From assembly GCA_018829845.1 (NCBI GenBank), contig JAHJTO010000041.1, positions 1-34,844 on the forward strand: DNA of 34,844 nucleotides, in the 5' to 3' direction. The position numbers and the translations under genes are program-made. The notes under the pieces were generated by a model. The model searched no databases. It was given only the letters and a program-made list of their open reading frames with translations, and was not told the DNA's origin. This document shows positions 7,949-15,387 of this stretch, piece by piece. Each line of letters starts with the position of its first letter. Position 1 is the first letter of the stretch. Origin of the DNA: Nanobdellota archaeon (lineage in GTDB: Archaea > Nanobdellota > Nanobdellia > Pacearchaeales > JAHJTO01).

Positions 7949-8085
7949 GATTATAACAAAATTTTTTATTTTAATTTTATTATTTTTGACCATATTTCTG
8001 CTTGAAACTAGTTTCATACATCGGCTTAAAAGGGGTATATTCCAATAAAATTTATGCTTTTTGAAGAAAAAGTGTAAAATAAAAA

Positions 8086-9693
8086 ATGAATAAAATTTTG
8101 AAATTCTTCTTGAAAAAAGAAGAGCAGGAGAGAATTGAGGCCGAGGAAATGGCCCACAAGTCTGTAGATGCCTCAGCAAAACATCCCGGAAATGCCTCAA
8201 AATCAAAAAAGGAATTATTGGAAGAACTTAAGGAAAGATTCCTAAATGAAGATATCTCTGCGGAAGAATATAATCTAAAGAGAGAAAAAATTGAGGGAAG
8301 CCATACTATTACGCAGGAACATAAAAAAGAAATAAAATCTCTAAATCTTAAAATCAGGGGCATGCATTGCAATTCATGCGCTTCACTTATAGAAAAAAAT
8401 CTGAAAGATCGGGTTGAAAAGGTCTCAGTAAGTTATTCCGATGAGAATGCGAAGATAGACTTTAGAGATAATAAAATATCCGAGAAAGAGATATTTGATG
8501 AAATAGGCAAACTAGGATATCATGTTAAAATAATTGATGAATCCAAACATGATCATGCTGAAAAGAATGAGGAGTCAAATATTAGGAGTATGTTTTGGAT
8601 AGGGGGAGCAATATTGGGATTAATTGCAATATATTATGCTCTGAGTACGAATTCTTTACTTCCGGAAATTGCGCTTCCACAAATTGGACAGAATGCAAGT
8701 CTTCTATTAATATTTGCAGTTGGTTTGTTAACGGGGTTCCATTGCATCTCAATGTGTGGGGGCTTTGTCGTCTCTTACACTACCAAAAATGCCTTGCGCG
8801 GACATAAAAGTTTAAAACAACATTTAGTTTATGGGGGATCAAAGGTTCTTTCCTATTCTGTAATAGGATTCTTATTCGGATTGATTGGGGGAATATTCTC
8901 TTTCAGCACAAAACTCAGAGGAACAATAGGAATACTTGCAGGGATATTTATGGTATTCTATGCTTTAAGCATGATGGGGATAGGCTTCTTCAGAAAATTC
9001 CAGTTCAATCCAAAATTCTTGACAAACATTGCAACAAAATCTCACTCCGGTCCGTTTAAAGGACCTATGCTCACGGGATTGCTTAATGGTTTGTTTATTG
9101 CATGCGGCCCTCTTCAGGCAATGTATCTTTATGCTGCCGGAACAGGAAGCGCGATGCAGGGAGCACTTGCCCTTGCAGTATTCGGATTAGGAACCTTGCC
9201 AGTAATGTTTGGATTTGGCAGCCTCACAACTTTAATAAGCCATAAAACAACAACTAAGATTTTGAAGATAGCTGCAATAATAGTACTTATACTTGGACTC
9301 ATAACCTTGAATAGGGGACTTGCATTGGCGGGAACATTCAACTTTGATTCAATAAAAGACAGCTTGATTGGCTCGACAGCAGGCATAGCTGCAGGGTCTT
9401 CCACCATAATTAATGGGGTTCAAGAGATAAATATGGATGTTACTTCAAGTGGATGGAGTCCGAATATCTTCACCCTGAAAAAAGGAGTCCCAGTAAAATG
9501 GAATATAAATGTCAAGCAATTGACTGGATGCAACAATGAAATAATTGTCAATGACTATGGGTTAGATGTAAAATTGAAAGAGGGCCTAAATGTTGTTGAA
9601 TTCACTCCAGACAAATCCGGAACAGTAAGATGGAGCTGTTGGGTTGATTGCAGCGGCAGACACTTTGAAGGAAAATTCCAAGGAGGCCATTGA
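8086..9693 (+). CDS. SHOCT-like + HMA metal-binding + polytopic permease (TauE/DsbD_2-like) + cupredoxin-like domain protein. The 3' end reads into the copA remnant.
   Basis: [28 protein letters not shown] (SHOCT-like); [19 protein letters not shown] (HMA CxxC); multiple TM helices with [10 protein letters not shown]. The C-terminal beta domain ends ..GTVRWSCW, and the last ~16 codons are out-of-frame copA sequence. Confidence 0.7.
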   Translation: MNKILKFFLKKEEQERIEAEEMAHKSVDASAKHPGNASKSKKELLEELKERFLNEDISAEEYNLKREKIEGSHTITQEHKKEIKSLNLKIRGMHCNSCASLIEKNLKDRVEKVSVSYSDENAKIDFRDNKISEKEIFDEIGKLGYHVKIIDESKHDHAEKNEESNIRSMFWIGGAILGLIAIYYALSTNSLLPEIALPQIGQNASLLLIFAVGLLTGFHCISMCGGFVVSYTTKNALRGHKSLKQHLVYGGSKVLSYSVIGFLFGLIGGIFSFSTKLRGTIGILAGIFMVFYALSMMGIGFFRKFQFNPKFLTNIATKSHSGPFKGPMLTGLLNGLFIACGPLQAMYLYAAGTGSAMQGALALAVFGLGTLPVMFGFGSLTTLISHKTTTKILKIAAIIVLILGLITLNRGLALAGTFNFDSIKDSLIGSTAGIAAGSSTIINGVQEINMDVTSSGWSPNIFTLKKGVPVKWNINVKQLTGCNNEIIVNDYGLDVKLKEGLNVVEFTPDKSGTVRWSCWVDCSGRHFEGKFQGGH

Positions 9694-10216
9694 AAAGCTC
9701 CATGAAATGGGGAAGGAAACCTATATGATTACTGGAGATAATGAAAGAACTGCCAAGGCCATAGCAAAACAGGTGGGAATACATAATATATTAGCCAATG
9801 TTATGCCAGAGGACAAAGAGAAAGAAGTAAGAAAGCTTCAAAGAAAGGGGAAAGTTGTGGCAATGGTTGGAGATGGAATAAACGATGCTCCTGCTCTAGC
9901 TCAATCGGATGTAGGAATAGCGGTTGGAGCTGGAACGGATGTGGCCATAGAGACCGGAGATATTATCCTCATGAAGAATGATTTGAGAGATGTTGTGACT
10001 GCCATAGATCTCTCATCCTATACCCTTAGAAAAATAAAACAGAATCTTTTCTGGGCCTTTTTCTATAATGGTGCAGGAATCCCCATAGCAGCAGGAGTTC
10101 TTTATCCCATAGGCTTCCTATTGAATCCTATCATCGCTGGAACGGCAATGGCATTCTCCTCTGTTTCCGTTGTCTCAAATTCATTGCTTATGAAATTCTA
10201 CAAAAGCAAGATATAA
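9629..10216 (+). pseudogene. copA: C-terminal remnant of a copper/heavy-metal P-type ATPase (CopA-like), lacking the N-terminal two thirds
   Basis: The frame opens right after a stop at 9626-9628: [28 protein letters not shown].., [30 protein letters not shown], and the last two TM helices. There is no DKTGT, no actuator or TM1-6, no ATG start (the ORF track used TTG), and no RBS. Confidence 0.8.
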
Positions 10217-10225
10217 TGAGCATTA

Positions 10226-10804
10226 TCACTTAAGAAGTTTGTATTTCTTTTCTAAAGTGTCAGATCTAAGTGGTGAATCATATGGTCTTTCAAATTGCCC
10301 GACTTTCAAGACCTCCTCATCTTTAGGAGGCATTGGTTCCCCAGTGATTATTGGCTTTACTGGCCTCAGATTCCTCTCAAAATCCCTGTGCCCTTGGAAT
10401 GGATTCCTTTCAATCTTCAGGGTATCTGTGCTGGGTGTGCTTGGAGAATAGCTTTTCTCTTCCTGGGGCTTAGGGGGGGATATGTAGGATGGGATTGCCC
10501 TTTCCCCTCGCTCATTCTTTTCTTTTCTTTCTGCAGATTGGAAATCCCCGGTTTCTGAAGGCTTATTTGCAAAGAAATTCTCAGATTGGGCGTTTTGGGT
10601 GTTTCTTGAAAAATGTGAAACTGTTTCTTGCACATTTTCTTCCAAAGATTCTTCTTTTTTCTCAGTTTCCACTTCTCCCATTTCTTTTTTATCCTCGGAA
10701 TCCTCAATTTTCTCTTCGGTTTTTTTCTCTTCTACCGACGGGGTTTTCTTTTTTTCTTTAAGTGCTTCCCATGCTTGCTTCAAATCATCTTCAATATTCC
10801 CCAT
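10226..10804 (-). CDS. Acidic, Glu/Lys/Pro/Ser-rich, probably disordered protein (hypothetical)
   Basis: Long ORF whose start codon sits in a family leader hairpin containing GGAGG. Low-complexity composition; no recognisable domain. Confidence 0.5.
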   Translation of the reverse strand: MGNIEDDLKQAWEALKEKKKTPSVEEKKTEEKIEDSEDKKEMGEVETEKKEESLEENVQETVSHFSRNTQNAQSENFFANKPSETGDFQSAERKEKNERGERAIPSYISPPKPQEEKSYSPSTPSTDTLKIERNPFQGHRDFERNLRPVKPIITGEPMPPKDEEVLKVGQFERPYDSPLRSDTLEKKYKLLK

Positions 10805-10831
10805 GCTGAGAAACCTCCGGTTTCTGGCATG
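10802..10831 (-). promoter_or_regulatory. Leader hairpin of the CATGCC/GCATG family at the start of the acidic-protein gene
   Basis: Sense strand: CATGCCAGAAACC-GGA-GGTTTCTCAGCATG. GGAGG spans the loop and 3' arm. The final ATG is the start codon (10804-10802). Confidence 0.6.
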
Positions 10832-10833
10832 CT

Positions 10834-10901
10834 TTGAAGCTTCGCTTCAAGCACGCCTGGAATTTCATTCCTTCGTGTGACAAAAATCTTTGATTTATCA
10901 T
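10834..10901 (-). repeat. Additional leader hairpins upstream of the acidic-protein gene
   Basis: TTGAAGC-TTC-GCTTCAA is a perfect 7-bp stem (10834-10850). GGAAT-TTC-ATTCC follows. CAAAAATCTTTGATTTATCAT (10881-10901) is homologous to 23933-23956. Confidence 0.5.
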
Positions 10902-11005
10902 ATTAATGGAATACCATACATAGTATATTAATTTTGCTAAGACTACAATAAAAAATCAATTCAGCAAAAGTTTTATAAATAAAAACATATTATTTTTTTC
11001 AATCA

Positions 11006-11034
11006 GTGCTGAAAAACGTAGTTTTTCAAGCATG
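11006..11034. repeat. Orphan copy of the A/T-tract hairpin family
   Basis: GTGCTGAAAAAC-GTA-GTTTTTCAAGCATG. No GGAG in the loop, and the terminal ATG is followed directly by TAA. Confidence 0.45.
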
Positions 11035-11067
11035 TAAAAAATTTAGAAAAAGAGGTAGAGAAGTAAA

Positions 11068-11286
11068 ATGGAAACAAAAGAGAGGAAGAATGACCCAGCT
11101 GTACAGCAGATCATTGACCGATGCCTCAGCCAGAACTTCAACGTTGGAGCAAAGCCTAAGCAGAGAAGCATAGGCGAGATAACTGACGAGATGTTGAAGA
11201 TGTTTGCTGAGAAGTCGAAGGTTGTAGATTTCGCCAGGGGAGAATCCTGCGAGTTCAAAGGCGATCAGAGATTAATCCAAAACTGA
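11068..11286 (+). CDS. Small hypothetical protein (72 aa) with atypical GC3-rich codon usage
   Basis: AGAGGT lies upstream of the ATG. The third codon position is visibly enriched in G/C (GAC, CAG, ATC, CTC, AAG, GAG). A hairpin plus T-tracts follow the gene. No family recognised. Confidence 0.45.
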   Translation: METKERKNDPAVQQIIDRCLSQNFNVGAKPKQRSIGEITDEMLKMFAEKSKVVDFARGESCEFKGDQRLIQN

Positions 11287-11305
11287 AATCTACAAATGAT
11301 GCACT

Positions 11306-11380
11306 GGAAACCATTGGTTTCCCATCATAACCTGCGTCAAATTTGCCGTCCTGCTTTTTCTAAAATTTTTTTCTTTTTTT
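11306..11380 (+). terminator. Putative terminator: perfect hairpin followed by T-tracts
   Basis: GGAAACC-ATT-GGTTTCC (11306-11322), then CTGCTTTTTC..ATTTTTTTCTTTTTTT (11351-11380). Confidence 0.4.
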
Positions 11381-11438
11381 CACATGATGACGACAGTCTG
11401 TTGCATAATTTTATAAATATCTCTGACTTTGGAGATTT

Positions 11439-12164
11439 ATGAATTACAAAAAGAGGGTGCTTGGGCTAGCATTCTTACTAGTAGGTATTTTTTTCACAGC
11501 AAATTCACAATTGGTTCTCACCGGAGGGATTATTGGAATCGGAGATACCCCTTATTCTGTTAATTTTATTTTAGGAATATGTTTAATCGCCATTTCAATG
11601 ATAATCTTTATTGGGTCCTCATTGGAAGACCGAACCTATGAGAAGGGAAAATCGGAAGATTATTATGATCCGGCCATAAAATCATTCAGAAGATGGCTTC
11701 AAAAAGAAAAGGGTTTCAAAGTAACATATGGGACGGCAAAGAGGGAATATGAAAAGATTGAACAGAAATACTACAAAAACCTGGGGGAGAAGGGTGCGAA
11801 GGAAGGGTATGGGGATAGGCCATTGAAGGGAATTGAAGATCTTTATAAAAAAATTCATGATGGAGATTATAAACCTCCAAGGAGCACCCACACAGAAAAA
11901 TTAAGGAGAAAGTTCTTGGATAACGAGGCTTCAAGAGCCCTCAATGAAAAGAGGATATATACAAAAAGAAAGGATCTGATATGGCTCTCCAATAAGTGCG
12001 GTTATGATTTAATGGAGGGAGCCAAGGAGGGAACCAGAGTTTTAGACCAGAAAGGGGATGTATTAACCGTCATCCCAGAACATCCTGATTGTAACCGCAA
12101 TACTGCAAAAGAGATAATGTTTGCTTTGGCTACTGGTGAAAGTTCATATAGAAAACGTAAATGA
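11439..12164 (+). CDS. Membrane-anchored hypothetical protein with weak HicA/YcfA-like C-terminal resemblance
   Basis: Two N-terminal TM helices. The C-terminus GAKEGTRVLDQKGDVLTVIPEHPDCNRNTAKEIMFALATG loosely follows the HicA pattern (..tiP.H.....gt...Il..). Confidence 0.45.
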   Translation: MNYKKRVLGLAFLLVGIFFTANSQLVLTGGIIGIGDTPYSVNFILGICLIAISMIIFIGSSLEDRTYEKGKSEDYYDPAIKSFRRWLQKEKGFKVTYGTAKREYEKIEQKYYKNLGEKGAKEGYGDRPLKGIEDLYKKIHDGDYKPPRSTHTEKLRRKFLDNEASRALNEKRIYTKRKDLIWLSNKCGYDLMEGAKEGTRVLDQKGDVLTVIPEHPDCNRNTAKEIMFALATGESSYRKRK

Positions 12165-12170
12165 TAAAAT

Positions 12171-12488
12171 TTATTCTAATTTGTCAATTAATCCATACCC
12201 TTTTTTGAACTTGAAAATTGATTGATGGAATCTTCTGTATAATGATGGATAGTCATCTTTTGCAAGTTCTACAATTGAAGTAACATCGGAGTATTCTTCA
12301 GAACCGATTAATTTAGAATCAAGAGAGTTTATGTCAAAATCCTCTTTAGGATCATTCTTCTTTAGTCCTTCAAAAACAAGCTTTTTTTGATATCTGACTA
12401 TCCTATTCCTCAGAGTATTCATTTCAGAGATCTTTCTCAAGAGTGTAACTTCTTCAAATGTTTTGTAATTGTGGCTTTCCATAGTCAA
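12171..12488 (-). CDS. Hypothetical protein (105 aa)
   Basis: ORF only. Lies downstream of, and on the same strand as, the 498-aa ORFan. Confidence 0.45.
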   Translation of the reverse strand: MTMESHNYKTFEEVTLLRKISEMNTLRNRIVRYQKKLVFEGLKKNDPKEDFDINSLDSKLIGSEEYSDVTSIVELAKDDYPSLYRRFHQSIFKFKKGYGLIDKLE

Positions 12489-12577
12489 AGTAATATGGTT
12501 ATCTAGGGATAATTAAACTATATAAAGATTGTCTTTTTGTTATTCTATAGTGACAATAATTTATGGTATTTTCAGAA

Positions 12578-14074
12578 TCATTTAACATTGGAGGCTTTTA
12601 CTTCTGCAATTCTTGCCCTTATCCTTTTCACAAAATCAGGATCATCAAAAGGGCTTGGGAAGCTTGAAAGGCCCTGAGTTTTTTTGAATGTATCAAATAA
12701 TGTGAAGCAGGATTTTGCGCTTTCATTCTCAACAAGCTGCCTTACAACATCTTCTTCATAATTATCCTCTGAAATCCCTTCTTCTTTAAGTTTGAGTTTT
12801 TTCTCTGATTTTTCCTTCTTTTCCTTGGCAGATTTTTCTTTCTCCTCTTTTTCTTTTTCTAGCCTTGACTGGCCCACTATCGACTTTTTAATATCTGTCC
12901 ATAATTCCTTGAGAAAATACTCTTCCTCTTCTTTCTTCTCTTCCTTTGGTTCTAGGAAATAATCTATGTCCTTCTGTATCTGTTCAAGGCTTTTGTCTGT
13001 AAGATGTCCGGCAACATTCAAGGTGCTTTCAATGGCGCCGTCTTCCCTTATCTTTTCTAGAAGAAGCAGTTCATCTTCATTGAGAACGTAGGCCTTGAAT
13101 CCGATTTCAATTCTTCCTGCATGCGGATGTTGGGCAGTAGGATATGTTCTAAACTTGAAATCAACCGTGAGGACCTCATAAAAATCCCTAATATCATCAA
13201 GTTTTTTAATGAACCCTTGAGGCAGATCTCCGGCAAATACTGCTCCCTTGGTGTCTGCCTTCTTCTTTGCAAAAAGATTAAGTTCTAAGATCATGGAAGT
13301 GAATATTGATACTATTGATGCTTCTTTGGAACCCTTCATCCTAAGCTGTTCTGCTGCCTGAAGATACGGTTTTACCCAGCTTGAATATAATTTTACAGTG
13401 TCTATCTGGCTTCTCAGCTGGCTTTTTTCAATTTCATATCGCTTTCTCAATTCGATCTCGCTGAATTCTATCCAAGTGAAAAATTCTCCAAGCCTTGAAA
13501 TCAATGTTCTTCTTACGATTTCAGTAAGATCCATTTTCTCTGCTTCTTCTACAGATTCTGCGGCAAAAAATGCGGGCCTTAAAGTTGTGAATCCATAATT
13601 TTGAGCCATGTAATTTATGCTTCCCGACTGCCTTTGCATATCTACCGACATAAGCCAAAGTTCTTTCAGAGCCAACATTCCTTCCTTTTTAGTTTTAGGA
13701 TCTTTCAGTTTGTCATAAACTTTTAATCTTATGTCAAAATTTCTCAGATCATAGATAATATTTATCAGGCTTTTTATGACATTGTTCACAGTTCCTAAAA
13801 TTTTCATTCCCTCTTCCTGCATCTTCTGGGCAGTCATGCTGAGGTTCCCGAAATATGAAGATCCCGGGGATGTAACAAATGTGTCTGCTATTTTTTCAAC
13901 GTTTTCCGGTCCAGAATAGTATCCATTCATGAAATCGATTATCCAATAATAAAAATTCTCAAGAGTGTTCATGTTTGTATCAAAATAAATCTTGTTTTCC
14001 CATATTGGGCCTTTCTTCCCTCCCTCGCTATATCTAGGATTTATCTTAGGAATTAAATCATCTATTTCTCCCAT
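12578..14074 (-). CDS. Hypothetical protein (498 aa) with a Lys/Glu-rich segment near the C-terminus
   Basis: Long uninterrupted ORF. GAGGGAG lies 8-9 nt upstream of the ATG. No domain recognised. Confidence 0.6.
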   Translation of the reverse strand: MGEIDDLIPKINPRYSEGGKKGPIWENKIYFDTNMNTLENFYYWIIDFMNGYYSGPENVEKIADTFVTSPGSSYFGNLSMTAQKMQEEGMKILGTVNNVIKSLINIIYDLRNFDIRLKVYDKLKDPKTKKEGMLALKELWLMSVDMQRQSGSINYMAQNYGFTTLRPAFFAAESVEEAEKMDLTEIVRRTLISRLGEFFTWIEFSEIELRKRYEIEKSQLRSQIDTVKLYSSWVKPYLQAAEQLRMKGSKEASIVSIFTSMILELNLFAKKKADTKGAVFAGDLPQGFIKKLDDIRDFYEVLTVDFKFRTYPTAQHPHAGRIEIGFKAYVLNEDELLLLEKIREDGAIESTLNVAGHLTDKSLEQIQKDIDYFLEPKEEKKEEEEYFLKELWTDIKKSIVGQSRLEKEKEEKEKSAKEKKEKSEKKLKLKEEGISEDNYEEDVVRQLVENESAKSCFTLFDTFKKTQGLSSFPSPFDDPDFVKRIRARIAEVKASNVK

Positions 14075-14090
14075 ATTTTTTCTCCCTCTT

Positions 14091-14208
14091 GCTTAGAAAT
14101 GCTTGAAAATGTTTTCATTTTCGGCATGCCCAGAAGCACTGAGAAATTGTTTCACAATTTCTGGTGTGCCCAAAACATTCTTGGTTTTGAAGCACTTTGC
14201 TTCTAAGC
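14091..14208. repeat. Cluster of nested and overlapping family hairpins closed by an 8-bp outer helix. Candidate structured RNA or compound palindromic element.
   Basis: Outer helix: GCTTAGAA (14091-98) with TTCTAAGC (14201-08). Inner hairpins are at 14099-14128 (ATGCTTGAAAATG/CATTTTCGGCAT), 14136-14169 (GCACTGAGAAATTG/CAATTTCTGGTGTGC), 14166-14195 (GTGCCCAAAAC/GGTTTTGAAGCAC) and 14189-14203 (GAAGCA-CTT-TGCTTC). Confidence 0.5.
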
Positions 14209-14321
14209 ATCTTCGATTTCTTAGCGTTTTTTACAATTTATAGAGGGAAAAGACATATAAAAAGGTTATCTATTATGTTGACGTTGCAAAGGTTTTTTAA
14301 TAAAATTATCTTCAGAGTATA

Positions 14322-14846
14322 ATGAAAAGAGCACTAATTATCATAGCAGAAAGGGATTTTCAAGATATGGAGTATTCTAACACTCGAAAAGCCCTTGAGT
14401 CTTCCGGAATATCTGTTGCCGTCGCCTCTAAAACAAGGGGGATGAAAAGAGGGGTTTTGGGAAATGAGGTGGAAGCCGAATTATCATTTAAGGACATAAA
14501 AATCAAAGATTTTGACGCGGTTGCATTCATAGGCGGAGAGGGAGCACAGGAGTATATCGAAGATGATGGGGCCCTGGGGATTGTAAAATCATTTTTTGAG
14601 GGGGGGAAGATAACTGCCGCCATTTGCATTGCTCCGCTCATACTCGCTTCTTCAGGAATACTCAATGGTAAAAAGATAACTGCCTGGGACAATGGAAGGA
14701 GAATCCAAATAAGAAAACTAGAAAGATCAGGAGCAATCTTCGTTGGCGGAAATGTTGTTGTTGATAGGAACATAATCACGGCAGATGGGCCGGGAGCAGC
14801 GTCAGAATTCGGAAAGGAAATAGCCAAGGGATTGAATAAAAAATGA
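14322..14846 (+). CDS. DJ-1/PfpI family protein
   Basis: FDAVAFIGGEGA, the nucleophile-elbow cysteine in ITAAICIAPLILA, and VVVDRNIITADGPGAA. Confidence 0.85.
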   Translation: MKRALIIIAERDFQDMEYSNTRKALESSGISVAVASKTRGMKRGVLGNEVEAELSFKDIKIKDFDAVAFIGGEGAQEYIEDDGALGIVKSFFEGGKITAAICIAPLILASSGILNGKKITAWDNGRRIQIRKLERSGAIFVGGNVVVDRNIITADGPGAASEFGKEIAKGLNKK

Positions 14847-15283
14847 AAAGAGAAAGTGCAGTGCATCTTCTGTTGTTTCTAGGAATAGTAATTTTGGATC
14901 TTGCAACAAAATATACCCTTAGCGAGGGGTGCCTTTGGAAATTCTGTGTGAGCAGGGCGTTCAATACAGGGGCATCTTTTGGAATATTTGATGGAATGAC
15001 CTCATTGTTTATCGTTGTTGCTGCAATGGTTTTGGTGGTTATGGCTTATCTTTACGAGAAATCAAATGCAAGAATAAAGCTGGCATTTGTGTTCATAGGG
15101 GCTGGAACCATTGGAAACCTCATAAATCGTGTTTTCTTAGGAGGAGTCATCGATCTATTCAGGATATTTAACTCATCATCATTCAACCTTGCAGATTTAA
15201 GCAACCTAATTGGTGGAATAATCCTTCTTTTTATTGTGTTTTTCGATGGTAAACAAGAGCAGAAGAAAACTTTTAAAGCCTGA
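14843..15283 (+). CDS. lspA: Lipoprotein signal peptidase (signal peptidase II)
   Basis: FNTGASFG, GAGTIGNLINRVFLGGVIDLF and FNLADLSN; both aspartates of the VxDF / NxAD pair are present. ATGA overlap with the DJ-1 gene. Confidence 0.8.
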   Translation: MKRESAVHLLLFLGIVILDLATKYTLSEGCLWKFCVSRAFNTGASFGIFDGMTSLFIVVAAMVLVVMAYLYEKSNARIKLAFVFIGAGTIGNLINRVFLGGVIDLFRIFNSSSFNLADLSNLIGGIILLFIVFFDGKQEQKKTFKA

Positions 15284-15345
15284 ATTCTATGGATTTGATA
15301 TAGGGGTGTAACATTATTCTATGTTAAGAAATAAAATATTTCTAA

Positions 15346-15387
15346 CATGCCGAAAAAACGGCAGAGGAGGGGGTTTTTTCTAGCATG
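15346..15387 (+). promoter_or_regulatory. Leader hairpin of the CATGCC/GCATG family at the gltX start
   Basis: CATGCC-GAAAAAAC-GGCAGAGGAGGGG-GTTTTTTC-TA-GCATG forms 8 bp plus 5 bp. GAGGAGG is in the 13-nt loop. The final ATG is nt 15385-15387. Confidence 0.6.

Noticed and set aside
11040-11340. GC-rich patch as a structural RNA gene (RNase P, SRP or other)
   Set aside because: I could not find conserved RNase P or SRP sequence blocks. The GC excess is concentrated at third codon positions of one frame, which fits a protein-coding gene better. Kept as a finding with an Rfam check suggested.
15120-15140. Asn in place of Asp in the LspA GNLxDR-like motif (GNLINR) as evidence of an inactive peptidase
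   Set aside because: From my recollection of the Pseudomonas LspA sequence, the catalytic pair lies in the VVDF and FNLAD motifs. Both aspartates are present here (VIDLF, FNLADL), so there is no basis to call it inactive.
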